Of a stretch of DNA of 42,109 bases, positions 13,487-23,578 are shown one piece after another; the first letter of the stretch is position 1, and each line of letters begins with the position of its first letter. The stretch is from Octopus sinensis. Lineage: Eukaryota. Both the position numbers and the translations under genes were made by a program. The notes beneath the pieces were generated by a model. That model ran no database searches, was not told the origin of the DNA, and saw only the letters and a list, made by a program, of their open reading frames with translations. The DNA is taken from positions 1-42,109 of the forward strand of contig NW_021836852.1 in assembly GCF_006345805.1 (NCBI RefSeq), given 5' to 3'.

Positions 13487-13775
13487 CCCAGTGGTTAGGG
13501 CAGCGGACTCGCGGTCGTAGGATCGCGGTTTCGATTCCCAGACGGGCGTTGTGAGTGTTTATTGAGCGAAAACACCTAAAAGCTCTACGGACACTCCGGC
13601 AGGAGGGGGTGATCTGCTTGTGCTCTTTCCACCATCGTTTCTCCCATTCTTTTTGTGGGCCTGCTCGCTTAGCAGCGGTGGGGGGTGTGGGTCATTGAAG
13701 GCTAAAACAATGCGAACACATTGTGACCAGCGATGTGTAACAACATCTGATGGTCTGTTCGGCCACGTGAATACA
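13487..13775 (+). mobile_element. tRNA-derived SINE family T (right arm of the large palindrome)
   Basis: Inverted copy of 12637-12921 with scattered small indels. Confidence 0.75.
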
Positions 13776-14019
13776 TATATATATATATATATATATATAT
13801 GAAACAGAGAAAGAACAATAGTACTCGAATACCTATTTTTGATTTAAGGTTTACTTAGATTTTTATTTTGATATGATTTTAAACCGTAATTGCAATTTCA
13901 TGTAACCGGTTATTGAAATGACCGTTAGATGAAAGGACCCATGAAACGAAATATTTTCAAATATGTTTCTATCTAAGTAATTGTATTTTTATGCATATAA
14001 CCATATTTTGTTCCATTCT

Positions 14020-14255
14020 AAACACACAGTACCAGCAGTTGAGTTTGCAGTTTCCACCTCATCTATGGCTAGTAGTATAGCTTCTTCGCTAATGTTGATG
14101 TAATCCATCGTAACTGCCTCGCTGGTTATAGGTGAGGCGGCAAAGAAATCCACTGGTTCGTTCACTTGTCTGTGTTTCACCTGGGTGGTAAAGACACATT
14201 TGAACGGTCATTCAGTACCCCACTGATCCTGGTTGGTCTATCTGTGAAGTAGCCA
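14020..14255 (-). mobile_element. CR1/L2-like ORF2 remnant (region just upstream of the RT domain)
   Basis: FKCVFTTQVKHRQVNEPVDFF...INISEEAILLAIDEVETANSTAG resembles the F..VFT...I.E.D...AID.L..NSAAGPDG segment. Confidence 0.55.
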
Positions 14256-14261
14256 GCACGT

Positions 14262-14762
14262 AATGGCAGACGAAATACCTATTTCTTTAGTACCCACAAG
14301 GGGCTAAACACAGAGGGGACAAACAAGGACAGACAAACGGATTAAGTCGATTACATCGACCCCAGTGCGTAACTGGTACTTAATTTATCGACTCAAAAGG
14401 ATGAAAGGCAAAGTCGACCTCGGTGAGTAACTGGTACTTTATTTATCGACCCCGAATGGACGAAAGGCAAAGTTGACTTCGGCGGAATTTGTACTCAGAA
14501 CGTAACGGCAGACAAAATACCGCTAAGCATTTCGCCCGGCGTGCTAACGTTTCTTTTCTACTCTGGGCACAAGGCCCGAAACTTTTGGAGCGCGGGTGCA
14601 GCCGATTAGATTGACCCCAGTACAGAACTGGTACTTAATTTATCGACCCCGAAAGGATGAAAGGCAGTCAACCTCGGCGGAATTTGGATTCAGAACGTAA
14701 TGACACATGAAATAATGCTAAGCATTTCGCCCGGCGTGTTAACTTTCCAGACAGCTCGCCAC
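14262..14762 (-). mobile_element. Cluster of three partial or complete family M SINE copies
   Basis: Three repeats of TTTATCGAC...GGATGAAAGGCA; head CTCGCCACCTT at ~14755. Confidence 0.85.
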
Positions 14763-15408
14763 CTTAGACAGTTTAACATAATAACAAAGAAATATAGTTG
14801 ATATAATAAGAATATTAACTGACACATTTGGTGACCAAAAAAAAAACAGTTTACAATACTTATCATGTATTTTGTAGCACCACACCCATCCTAAATATAT
14901 TTATAGCTTCTTGGAACAAATCTTATTAAGGGCCATGAAAAATTCCAAAATGGTTGCCACGAATTTTTTATCGATGTTAATCATATTACTGAATTCTCTG
15001 TCTGTCAAAGTATAATCTTTCTTGTAGATCAATCCTAGATTAAGCTTTTAGATCCAGGATTTAAGACGTGATCTAAGTTTTAATGTTGTTGAAGAGTTTA
15101 TCTATGTTACTAAGTTTTAGCTCTGGATGAGCTCTGATAGGTAGGAGGTACATTTGCCTGCTATTTCTAGCAAGAGTAATGTATGTAAAGAGATGCTCTT
15201 GCCTGTTTTATGGGTTGATCGAGGCGAGAAATCTTGGAGAAGGTACTCTCAAAGACTCCTAGAAATGGAATGTTAATAGTAACGAGATGACGTCTACCCC
15301 CAAGAAATAAGGTTTCTTTCTTTTAATCAATAAAAACTACAAACAAGCATAATTACATCTTTCTAAACAAGCTTATACAAATCGAAAATGCTCACAAATA
15401 TACCTCTG

Positions 15409-15454
<46 letters not shown>

Positions 15455-15457
<3 letters not shown>

Positions 15458-15650
15458 TATAAAAAAAAAACTTTTATCAATTCAAAATGAACAATTAAAT
15501 TACACCATCTAGAAAATTACATATAATAGAAATATTAAAATTAAAATAACAATAATATACCGATGATTAGGTAAATGCAAAAGATGGTGTAATTTAATTG
15601 TTCATTTTGAATTGATAAAAGGTGTTTTTTTAAAATTTTATATATATATA
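15455..15650. repeat. MITE-like hairpin element in (TA)n: perfect 40-bp inverted repeat with a 71-bp spacer
   Basis: 15471-15510 is the exact reverse complement of 15582-15621. A related copy with only the left arm and spacer lies at ~585-745. Confidence 0.8.
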
Positions 15651-15721
15651 ATATATTTTGCGAAATATTTAGTATTTCTAGATTGAATTTTTCCCTGTAA
15701 GTTAGGAATAATATTCCCTCA

Positions 15722-15790
<69 letters not shown>

Positions 15791-15793
<3 letters not shown>

Positions 15794-15998
15794 TGGTACA
15801 TCACACATATTGAGAAGAGCATTGTCGATGTGAGAACTGTTACTGCTCATGTATTTTAATTCAACTTAAAAAAAAAAAATGAACGAAGTATTGAGTTTTG
15901 TTTAATGGCCTACCAATGTATACTATGAGTTTCTTTGCCCTAGGAGTCGGGAAGACACTCGGCAAGAAATGGAAGCAAATTTGAAAGAAGAAAAAAAC
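15791..15998 (+). mobile_element. Short 3'-end fragment of R4/Dong family B
   Basis: Matches the reverse complement of ~3436-3640 (AACTGGTACATCACAC...GAAGCAAATTTGAA..GAAGAAAAAAAC); preceded by (AAT)n at 15722-15790. Confidence 0.85.
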
Positions 15999-16469
15999 GG
16001 GGGACTTTTAAGATGTAAGAAGGAAAATTCAGAGCTCCGAAACCTATCCACAAACATCGAAAACAAGGACATCCTATGGAGCCAAAGTTTTACTAACAAA
16101 GAATTGGACTGTATCCGAGTAAGTAATACAAATTGAAATTTATTACTATTTTCGAAACGAAATGATGTATTTTGACTCGATATCATCTCCACCTCTAACG
16201 CAACACATGTAAACATGCGTGAAACATCACGATCATCTCCGACCCCAAACACCATGTACAAAGGAACTACGAAGAAATTAAATGCCACCGATACTATTCA
16301 TTCACCAAGAATAACAATCGAGCGGTACGTACATTAAACCTACAACAAAAAATGTACGAAAAACTACACGTGCGAAATAATGTGACAACAGAAATAAACG
16401 GACCGGTACCCTACGAAAATGACGACCGTCAAAATAAGGGCCGGACGTTGTACCTCATGTCCCGCAAAT

Positions 16470-16868
16470 AAAACCCAAAAGACGTAAATGGACACGTGAG
16501 GAATACATTTCTATCTTACACGCATACTTCACAGCAGTACTCTACCCAAAAAATGAAAATACAACAACACATACATATAAATATGGAAGGAAAATAATAG
16601 AGATTTAGACTTGGATACAGCAATGAACCCTAATAAATTAGCTAACGTACGAAGATACATTCTCAACACAAAAAAAATATCAGAAATAGAAATAGAACAC
16701 CTAAAAGAAAACATACACCAGGAAAATGTAGATAGAAGCCACACAACAATGCCCAATAATATAAACACTGAAACTGTAAAACACGAAGACAAACGCAACA
16801 TTCCCAACAAACACGATGTAAACAACGAAGGGGAGCCTAATGATTATGATAATAAAAAAATAAAATAA
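16470..16868 (+). pseudogene. R4/Dong N-terminal ORF segment (KWT..E, Myb-like region), frameshifted
   Basis: KPKRRKWTREEYISILHAY followed, after a frameshift, by WKENN...NKLANVRRYILNTKKISEIEIEHLK, resembling the N-terminus of R4-clade ORFs. Confidence 0.7.
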
Positions 16869-17299
16869 TCAAAGAACTGAAAACCACAGAGCTCACAATG
16901 GACCACCGACCATACCTCCAAGAATCAAATAAACAAAATAACAACACCTATTATAAACAGCATAAACCTAGCCGCCACTGAACTGATACCACTGAATCAA
17001 AAAAAAGTGATATCACTGAGCTAATAACCTAATATACGCAGCAGCCACTGCAGCCACAAAAGAAGCTGGATACTCACCCAAACCCGCCCAAACAGGAGTA
17101 CCACCACCCAAACAAACCCTGTGGATAAATAACATCCAAAGCAAAATAAAAAAAAATAGAAAAGACCTGTCGATTCTTAATGAAATCAGCAAAGAATCAA
17201 CGCTACTGAGCAACAAAAAGAGAACAAAAATACTCCGCAAATATAACATCACAGAAAAAGATTTGCCTGAAATAAAAGAAAAGCTGAAGCAAGATATCC

Positions 17300-17908
17300 T
17301 TGCCAAAGCACAAAGGATCCGCCGGTACAAGAAACGCCAACGCTTCTTTGAAGAAAACAAAAGTTCAACTCCAACCCCAAAAAGTTCTACCAAGAACTGG
17401 GCAAAATAAAATAGAAGTCACTGCAGCACCAACGGCAGAAGAATTGGAAGAATTCTGGGGAGAAATATGGTCGGCGAACGAACCACCAAAAAAAAGGAGT
17501 ATCAAAATAACAAACTCGGCATCTGAACAAACTTGGACCCCCATAACAACTGAAGAGGTTACCCAGGCACTGCAAAGACTAAGCAACTGGAAGGCACCTG
17601 GGCATGACAAGATCCCCAACTTCTGGTTGAAATATCTAACAGGAATGCACAAAAAGCTGGCTCAAAACTTTAACAACGTACTAGCAGAGCCAGAGACAAT
17701 GCCTGAATGGCTCACGAAGGGGAAAACCATCTTAATTCCCAAATCAAATGAAACAGAAAAACCAGAAAACTACAGACCAATAACTGCCTCCCTACTATGT
17801 TCAAGGCATTACTGCAGTGATATCACAAAGGCTGAACAAGGACCTGGACGAAAACAAACTGTTCCCAGAAGAGCAGAAAGGATGCCGCAAAGGCTCATAT
17901 GGCTGTAA
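17300..17908 (+). CDS. R4/Dong ORF segment: pre-RT region and RT domain 0
   Basis: EELEEFWGEIW, ITTEEVTQALQRLSNWKAPGHDKIPNFWLK, PEWLTKGKTILIPKS, PENYRPIT; frameshifted at both ends. Confidence 0.88.
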   Translation: MPKHKGSAGTRNANASLKKTKVQLQPQKVLPRTGQNKIEVTAAPTAEELEEFWGEIWSANEPPKKRSIKITNSASEQTWTPITTEEVTQALQRLSNWKAPGHDKIPNFWLKYLTGMHKKLAQNFNNVLAEPETMPEWLTKGKTILIPKSNETEKPENYRPITASLLCSRHYCSDITKAEQGPGRKQTVPRRAERMPQRLIWL

Positions 17909-19040
17909 AGATCAACTAATGATTAATAAAGCCATAACTGAAGACAGCCACAGAAAGAAGAAAGGCCTCAGTATGGCCTGGATTGACTGCAAAAAGGCGT
18001 TTAATAGCATCCCCCACACATGGATCCTCGAAACACTAGCCATTAACAAAGTAGCACCAACAATCATAAAATTCATAGAGCACTCTATGAATAAATGGCA
18101 AATAGTCCTACACCTCCAAACAAAAGAGGGACTCATGAAAACCAAAGACATCCCCATTAGAAGAGGAATATTCCAGGGAGATACGCTCTCTCCACTCCTT
18201 TTCTGCTTGGCACTGTCACCTCTATCTGATATGCTAAATAGAACTGGATGCGGATATAAAAGTTACGGCAAAACGATCAGCCACCTTTTATATATGGATG
18301 ACCTAAAACTATACGCTGCAAATGACAAACAGCTGGAAACACTATTAAAGACAGTTCATGGATTTACCAAAGAAATAGATATGAAATTTGGATTAGAAAA
18401 ATGCGCCAAAGTAACCATGAAAAGAGGAAAACTAGTTAAGAGTAACAACATCACACTAGATGAAGCAAATGAAATAAAAGAATTAGACCAAAGCCAAACT
18501 TACAAATACTTAGGAATCCATGAACTAGATAAGACACAACACACACAAATGAAAGAGAAAATAAAAAAAGAATATTATAGACGAGTTAGATCAATACTAA
18601 ACACAGAGCTCAATGCTAAAAACAAGATAATAGGTATCAACACTTTAGCTGTCCCAGTTATAAGTTATAGCTACAATATCCTTAACTGGACACGAAATGA
18701 ACTTACCAAAATAGACAGGAAAACAAGAAAAATAATGACAGGATCTAGGATGCATCACCCAAAATCTGACATAGAAAGACTATATATACAACGTATAGAA
18801 GGTGGTAGAGGCCTTATACAGCTGGAAAACTACTATAAAATAACCACCATAGGACTGCAAAAATATCTACTTCAGAAGGAAGGAAAACTGATCCAGATAG
18901 CGGCAAAACACGAGCAAAACAAAAAACTGTTCTCAGTATTTAAGGAAGCTGACAAATACAAACAAGAAATCATACCACCTAATAAACATGAAGAAGAAGA
19001 AGAAGAAGATGAAGAAACAACAAAAGCTATAAAAAAATGA
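17817..19040 (+). CDS. Reverse transcriptase domain of the R4/Dong element (frameshifted segment of one long ORF)
   Basis: 407-aa ORF with RT motifs including GIFQGDTLSPLLF and YMDD, plus the post-RT RLYIQRIEGGRGL motif typical of RLE elements. Confidence 0.92.
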   Translation: MISQRLNKDLDENKLFPEEQKGCRKGSYGCKDQLMINKAITEDSHRKKKGLSMAWIDCKKAFNSIPHTWILETLAINKVAPTIIKFIEHSMNKWQIVLHLQTKEGLMKTKDIPIRRGIFQGDTLSPLLFCLALSPLSDMLNRTGCGYKSYGKTISHLLYMDDLKLYAANDKQLETLLKTVHGFTKEIDMKFGLEKCAKVTMKRGKLVKSNNITLDEANEIKELDQSQTYKYLGIHELDKTQHTQMKEKIKKEYYRRVRSILNTELNAKNKIIGINTLAVPVISYSYNILNWTRNELTKIDRKTRKIMTGSRMHHPKSDIERLYIQRIEGGRGLIQLENYYKITTIGLQKYLLQKEGKLIQIAAKHEQNKKLFSVFKEADKYKQEIIPPNKHEEEEEEDEETTKAIKK

Positions 19041-19164
19041 AATCCAAACTAAAAATAGAACAGCAACGAACCATGATAAAACGATGGCAAGAAAAGCCCC
19101 TTCATGGTAAATACTGGACTAAACTAAACGCAAAAGAAATAGAAAGAAAAAATCCCAGCAATGG

Positions 19165-19662
19165 TTGAGAAGCTCAGGACTCAAAGCAGAAACAGAGGGA
19201 TTTTTAATTGCAGCACAAGACCAAAGCCTCCCCACCAGAAATTACCAAAAACATGTAATGAAAAGAAATATTACAAGTAACTGCAGAATATGTGGAGATG
19301 GACAAGAAACAATAAATCATATTATCTCTAGCTGCCCAGTCCTGGCTAAGAAGGAATATATTCACAGACATGACAGAGTTGGAACTTACATACATTGGAA
19401 GCTATGCCAACATTATGGAATAACAACAGAAAAAAGATGGTATAGGCACACACCAGAAAAGGTCACAGAAAACGAGAAAGCAACCATACTCTGGGATATG
19501 CCGATACACACAGATAGAGAAATTAAGGCCAACAGACCAGATATAGTTGTCAGAGACCATGAAGAAAAAAAATGCTTTCTAATTGATGTATCAGTACCGG
19601 CAGATGACAACGTGTCTCTAAAGAAATGGAGAAACTCTCAAAATACAAAGACCTGGAAATAG
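19165..19662 (+). CDS. R4/Dong ORF segment: CCHC zinc finger and restriction-like endonuclease
   Basis: LKAETEGFLIAAQDQSL, CRICGDGQETINHIISSC, HRHDRV, ILWDMPIHTDREIKANRPDIVV, LIDVSVP. Continues after a frameshift at ~19620 to HILRRTLSIQ* (19848). Confidence 0.9.
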   Translation: MRSSGLKAETEGFLIAAQDQSLPTRNYQKHVMKRNITSNCRICGDGQETINHIISSCPVLAKKEYIHRHDRVGTYIHWKLCQHYGITTEKRWYRHTPEKVTENEKATILWDMPIHTDREIKANRPDIVVRDHEEKKCFLIDVSVPADDNVSLKKWRNSQNTKTWK

Positions 19663-19948
19663 AGGTAACTAGAATGTGGAATCTGAAAACAGAAAAATTC
19701 CTATCATAGTAGGTGCATTAGGCATGATAAAAACATATTCAGACAAATACATAACAAAAACACCAGGACTTACAAACACATATACATACAGAAAATTGCA
19801 CTACTAGGCACTGCACACATCCTACGCAGAACACTTTCCATACAATAACCATCAGAGCATCACAACAAATCACAGCACATACCCAAGGCACACAGAGCTG
19901 CGCTCGGTAGTGAAGTGAAAGCACGCTATAAAAATAAAAATAAAACTA

Positions 19949-19983
<35 letters not shown>

Positions 19984-20093
19984 TAATAATAATAATTATT
20001 ATTATTATTATTATTACATATATATATATATATATATATATACCACAGTTTTCTCTCCTTGTTTCTCTCCGTGTTTCTTTTCTCTCTTTACCC

Positions 20094-20502
20094 TTTTACT
20101 CTTTTACTTGTTTCAGTCATTTGACTGCGGCCATGCTGGAGCACCGCCTTTAGTCGAGAAAATCGACCCCGGGACTTATTCTTTGTAAGCCCAGTACTTA
20201 TTCTATCAGTCTCTTTTGCTGAACCGCTAAGTGACGGGGACGTAAACACACCAGCATCGGTTGTCAAGCAATGCTAGGGGGACAAACACAGACACACAAA
20301 CACAGACACACACACATATATATATATATACATATATACGACAGGCTTCTATCAGTTTCCGTCTACCAAATCCACTCACAAGGCATTGGTCGGCCCGGGG
20401 CTATAGCAGAAGACACTTGCCCAAGATGCCACGCAGTGGGACTTAACCCGGAACCATGTGGTTGTTTAGCAAGCTACTTACCACACAGCCACTCCTGCGC
20501 CT
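20094..20502 (-). mobile_element. tRNA-derived CORE-type SINE with internal microsatellite
   Basis: Head AGGAGTGGCTGTGTGGTAAG, CORE-like GGCA(C/T)CTTGGGCAAGTGTCTT, internal (TA)/(CA) run and (GTAAAAGA)n tail; same family as 23579 and 39950. Confidence 0.85.
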
Positions 20503-20520
20503 GTGTATCTTTCTGTTGTA

Positions 20521-20558
20521 TCTTTTTGTTCAAGAGCGTAGGCTCGAAACGTAAAAGA
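20521..20558 (+). ncRNA. Degenerate second copy of the hammerhead-like motif
   Basis: TCTTT / TTGTTCA-A / GAGC-GTAG-GCTC / GAAA / CGT-A / AAAGA; core mutated, stems intact. Confidence 0.4.
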
Positions 20559-20947
20559 CTTGTTTTATTTATATTCCTGAGCGCCATACTAATACAATTG
20601 TTTGTTTGTACTCCACCTGCCTTCGTCTTTTGTTTATTTTCATAAAGCTTCCCGTTATACCACAGTTATACCTATATATCAGTCACAACTGTATCACCAG
20701 GCCTGAATAAATCTGACGCAATAAAGGAAACAAAATTGCAACTCACTATATACCCTAAAAATCCCTTTACGTTCCTTGATCCCTGAGGAAAACAAAAACA
20801 AGGAAAAGAATACGATAATTTGTTAGCAACTTACTCATTTAACGGGTTGGTAGCCACCATATAAGCTAGTAGTGTCAATAGAGAATGTTGAGCAATTTAT
20901 TAAGATCACAGCGAAAACAAACAATAAATATATATAATAGAAACGTT

Positions 20948-21184
20948 TCGATTCCCAGACCGGGCGTTGTGTGTGTTTATTGAGCGAAAACACCTAAAGA
21001 TCCACGATGTGGCGACCCCTGTTGTACTCTTTCGCCACAGCTTTTTCTCATTCTCTCTTCCTGTTTCTTGAGTAACGGTGCGATGGACTGGCGTCGCGTC
21101 TAGCTAGAGTGAGGGGAACACATACGCCATAGAAACCGGGAAACAGGGCCCATGAGCTTGGCTAGGCTTGAAAAGGGCGCATAA
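20948..21184 (+). mobile_element. 5'-truncated family T-related SINE with a 14-bp TSD
   Basis: Shares TCGATTCCCAGACCGGGCGTTGTG..TGTTTATTGAGCGAAAACACCTAAA with family T; flanked by ATAATAGAAACGTT at 20934-20947 and 21185-21198. Confidence 0.85.
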
Positions 21185-21479
21185 ATAATAGAAACGTTAT
21201 GTGGATTTACAGTAGTTTCGCACGATCCATGGTGTTGTCAGGGTTTCTTTTTTAATAGGGTTTGAAAGAGCGACTAGCAACAGTGATGTGGCAGCTATTG
21301 GTAGAAATAATGGTCGTAATTGATTGGTTAGTTGACAGATTGACTGCAGACCTGGCTACCTGAAGCGTGTACTGAATAGACGTTTGTGAGTGTGTGAGGG
21401 GGTGTATGTGTGGTGTTTGTGTATGTGTGTGTGGGGGGAGGTTATGTCTGTTTGTCTATCTGTGCGTATGTGTGTGTTT

Positions 21480-21607
21480 GTATGTATATAGATTAGTAAC
21501 AAAGAGACTGACAGGTAGACAGACACACAGACACATAGATAGAGAGAGGGATAAACAGATAGATAGAGAGAGAGGGAGATAGATAGATAGATAGATAGGT
21601 AGGTAGG

Positions 21608-21642
<35 letters not shown>

Positions 21643-21900
21643 AGAGAGAGAGAGATAAACAGATAGATAGATAGACAGATAGATAAAGAGAGAGAGAGAG
21701 ATAACAGATAGATAGATAGACAGATAGATAGATAGATAGATAGATGAAGAGAAGGAATGAGAGATCGTCATATTCTAATATTAAACATTTAAAATGGTGT
21801 ATAAAGCTGCGTATACTTGGATTTAGACTATAAAGCATCTCATCCGCTCTCTCTCTCTCACTCTCTCACTCTCTCTCTCTCTCTCTCTTTCTCAAATTTT
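21480..21900. repeat. (AGAT)n/(AG)n/(CT)n microsatellites
   Basis: Direct inspection. Confidence 0.9.
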
Positions 21901-21980
21901 TACACACACATATATACTTACATAGATACATAAATACATATATACATACAAACAAAAATGCATATATACATTCATAGAAA

Positions 21981-22196
21981 AATACATACATACATACAAA
22001 AATGCATACATACATACAAAAATGCATACATACATACAAAAATGCATACATACATACAAAAATGCATACATACATACAAAAATGCATACATACATACAAA
22101 AATGCATACATACATACAAAAATGCATACATACATACAAAAATGCATACATACATACAAAAATGCATACATACATACAAAAATGCATACATACATA
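21981..22196. repeat. 20-bp minisatellite (AATGCATACATACATACAAA)n, about 10-11 units
   Basis: Nine exact units from 22001 plus one partial and one variant unit. Confidence 0.95.
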
Positions 22197-23578
22197 TATA
22201 CATGCAAAAAAATGCATGCATACATATATACAGGTAGACAGACAGACATAGCATGACTAGTGCAAGATCAGGTGTAAACAAACAGAAGACTGTTCAGTTA
22301 GTGACTAATTCCTTCGCCATAATTAATGCCACGACCATAAACATTGTCAAATAACTAAGTATTATTTTTTTTATCAGATTCATCGAAGAAACCTTTCAAA
22401 AAATATCGTAGCAATATTTGTCACAAAATTGAAACCACAATGTGGAGAGAAACCCTACAAAAAACATGACTAGATGCATCAACCTCACCGACATCGGTGA
22501 AGAAACGCAGAAAATAAGATACAGATCGAGAAACTAAACAGAATCGTATTAGTTTAGTTATCAATAAAATCGAATTTATAAGCTAAATTATTTTTTTAAA
22601 GTTATGAATTCAAGTATGACATCTTTAATTGCTGTACAATTCCAAGAAAATATCCCCTAATTGGTTTTGTGAATAGAATGAAGTTACTCTGAAACGAACT
22701 TCACCTAAAGCTAATTTTTTCTTTTTCCTTTTTGCGACAAAACAATTATACAAACATGCGACAGTTTTTGAACTCGAGAACATTGTTAATTGAAATTTTA
22801 TTTCCAAAAGTGAAACAGTACAAAAATAACAGTAGAGGAATATGTAGTTTATTCTTTGAATACAAATAATTACAGAAAGTATGGTGTGGTTAAGTGTAGC
22901 AACAGACCAGACCGATACAACGCGAAGGGAACTAGACTTGCGAGAAAGAGAAGCCTAATCTTCCTCAAAATACCACTCTCATTACCCCTTCCCCCACTCA
23001 TACCCACTGACTGACAAAAGGCTGCTTTGGATATTGTTGTCCTGTCCCCCTGCACATGGGAAAATGTTTGGATGGTCCTGGCTGGAATATCTTTGGTGAA
23101 GGAAAACCTAGGGCTGAACACACTCAGCACCATCAACAACAAATCAAAGCTCTTTCTTCTGTTATTTTATTTCGCAGTATGGCTGGTAGTCGTTTGATCT
23201 GCTAGAAATAGCAGCTTCATCTCTCTGAAATCACCATTCATCGCCATAGAAAATGGTGTGTTGGCTAAAGCGATAGCGGTCTCGCAGCACATAAGAAAAA
23301 AAACGAGAAATTGAGTCGTCACGTTTGCAATGCCTTTGCCCAATCAGAGTTCACACTTGTGATATTGACCGCTTCTAACATAATTCTACTGACGAAAGGG
23401 ACTTTAAACCCCAATGTTTCAAACAGTTTCTGAAGGTCACAAAAAAGGAGTTCGAATGTATCTACTAATCACCAAGCATCAAAGTGTATTAATGTATCGT
23501 GTGTGCAAACTAAAAATAAATATTCTCGTGAGAGTTGGAAAGGATCTATATTCGGAAAGTAATCCTTAAATGATGAAC

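Larger units (their letters stand above)
12564..13856. repeat. Large inverted repeat (~360-bp arms) around a degenerate (TA)n spacer
   Basis: 12564-12921 versus 13487-13856; the arms include the SINE, a (TA)n run and ~45 bp of non-SINE flank. Confidence 0.9.
15999..19951 (+). mobile_element. Near full-length R4/Dong-clade RLE-type non-LTR retrotransposon (family A), multiply frameshifted
   Basis: Joined reading frames give an N-terminal KPKRRKWTREEYISIL...KLANVRRYI segment, RT motifs (WKAPGHDKIPNFWLK, KGCRKGSYGCKDQL, AWIDCKKAFNSIPH, RRGIFQGDTLSPLLF, HLLYMDDLKLY, KYLG), a CCHC finger (CRICGDGQETINHIISSC) and an RLE (RPDIVV...LIDVSVP). Stop at 19846-19848, ~100-bp 3' UTR, then (AAT)n from 19952. 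The 5' boundary is approximate. Confidence 0.93.

Noticed and set aside
13487-13550. tRNA gene (also 37875-37945 and 23579-23645)
   Set aside because: A/B boxes are present, but there is no complete cloverleaf or acceptor stem and each runs into a SINE body.
15999-16120. HDV-like ribozyme at the R4 5' end
   Set aside because: Could not find P1/P2/P3 pairings by eye; a descriptor search (RNArobo or Infernal) would be needed.
21981-22196. CRISPR-like regular repeat
   Set aside because: Units are directly adjacent with no unique spacers and there are no cas genes; the context is eukaryotic.
22375-22475. Possible C2H2 zinc-finger exon (GEKPY after a TTTTATCAG acceptor)
   Set aside because: No CxxC...HxxxH spacing and an in-frame stop follows within a few codons; likely chance.
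22870-23142. 90-aa ORF as a host exon or LINE piece
   Set aside because: No recognisable motif in any frame; left unassigned.
23385-23430. CTGACGAAAGGG...CCCC resembling a hammerhead core and stem II
   Set aside because: The GAAA half of the core is missing.
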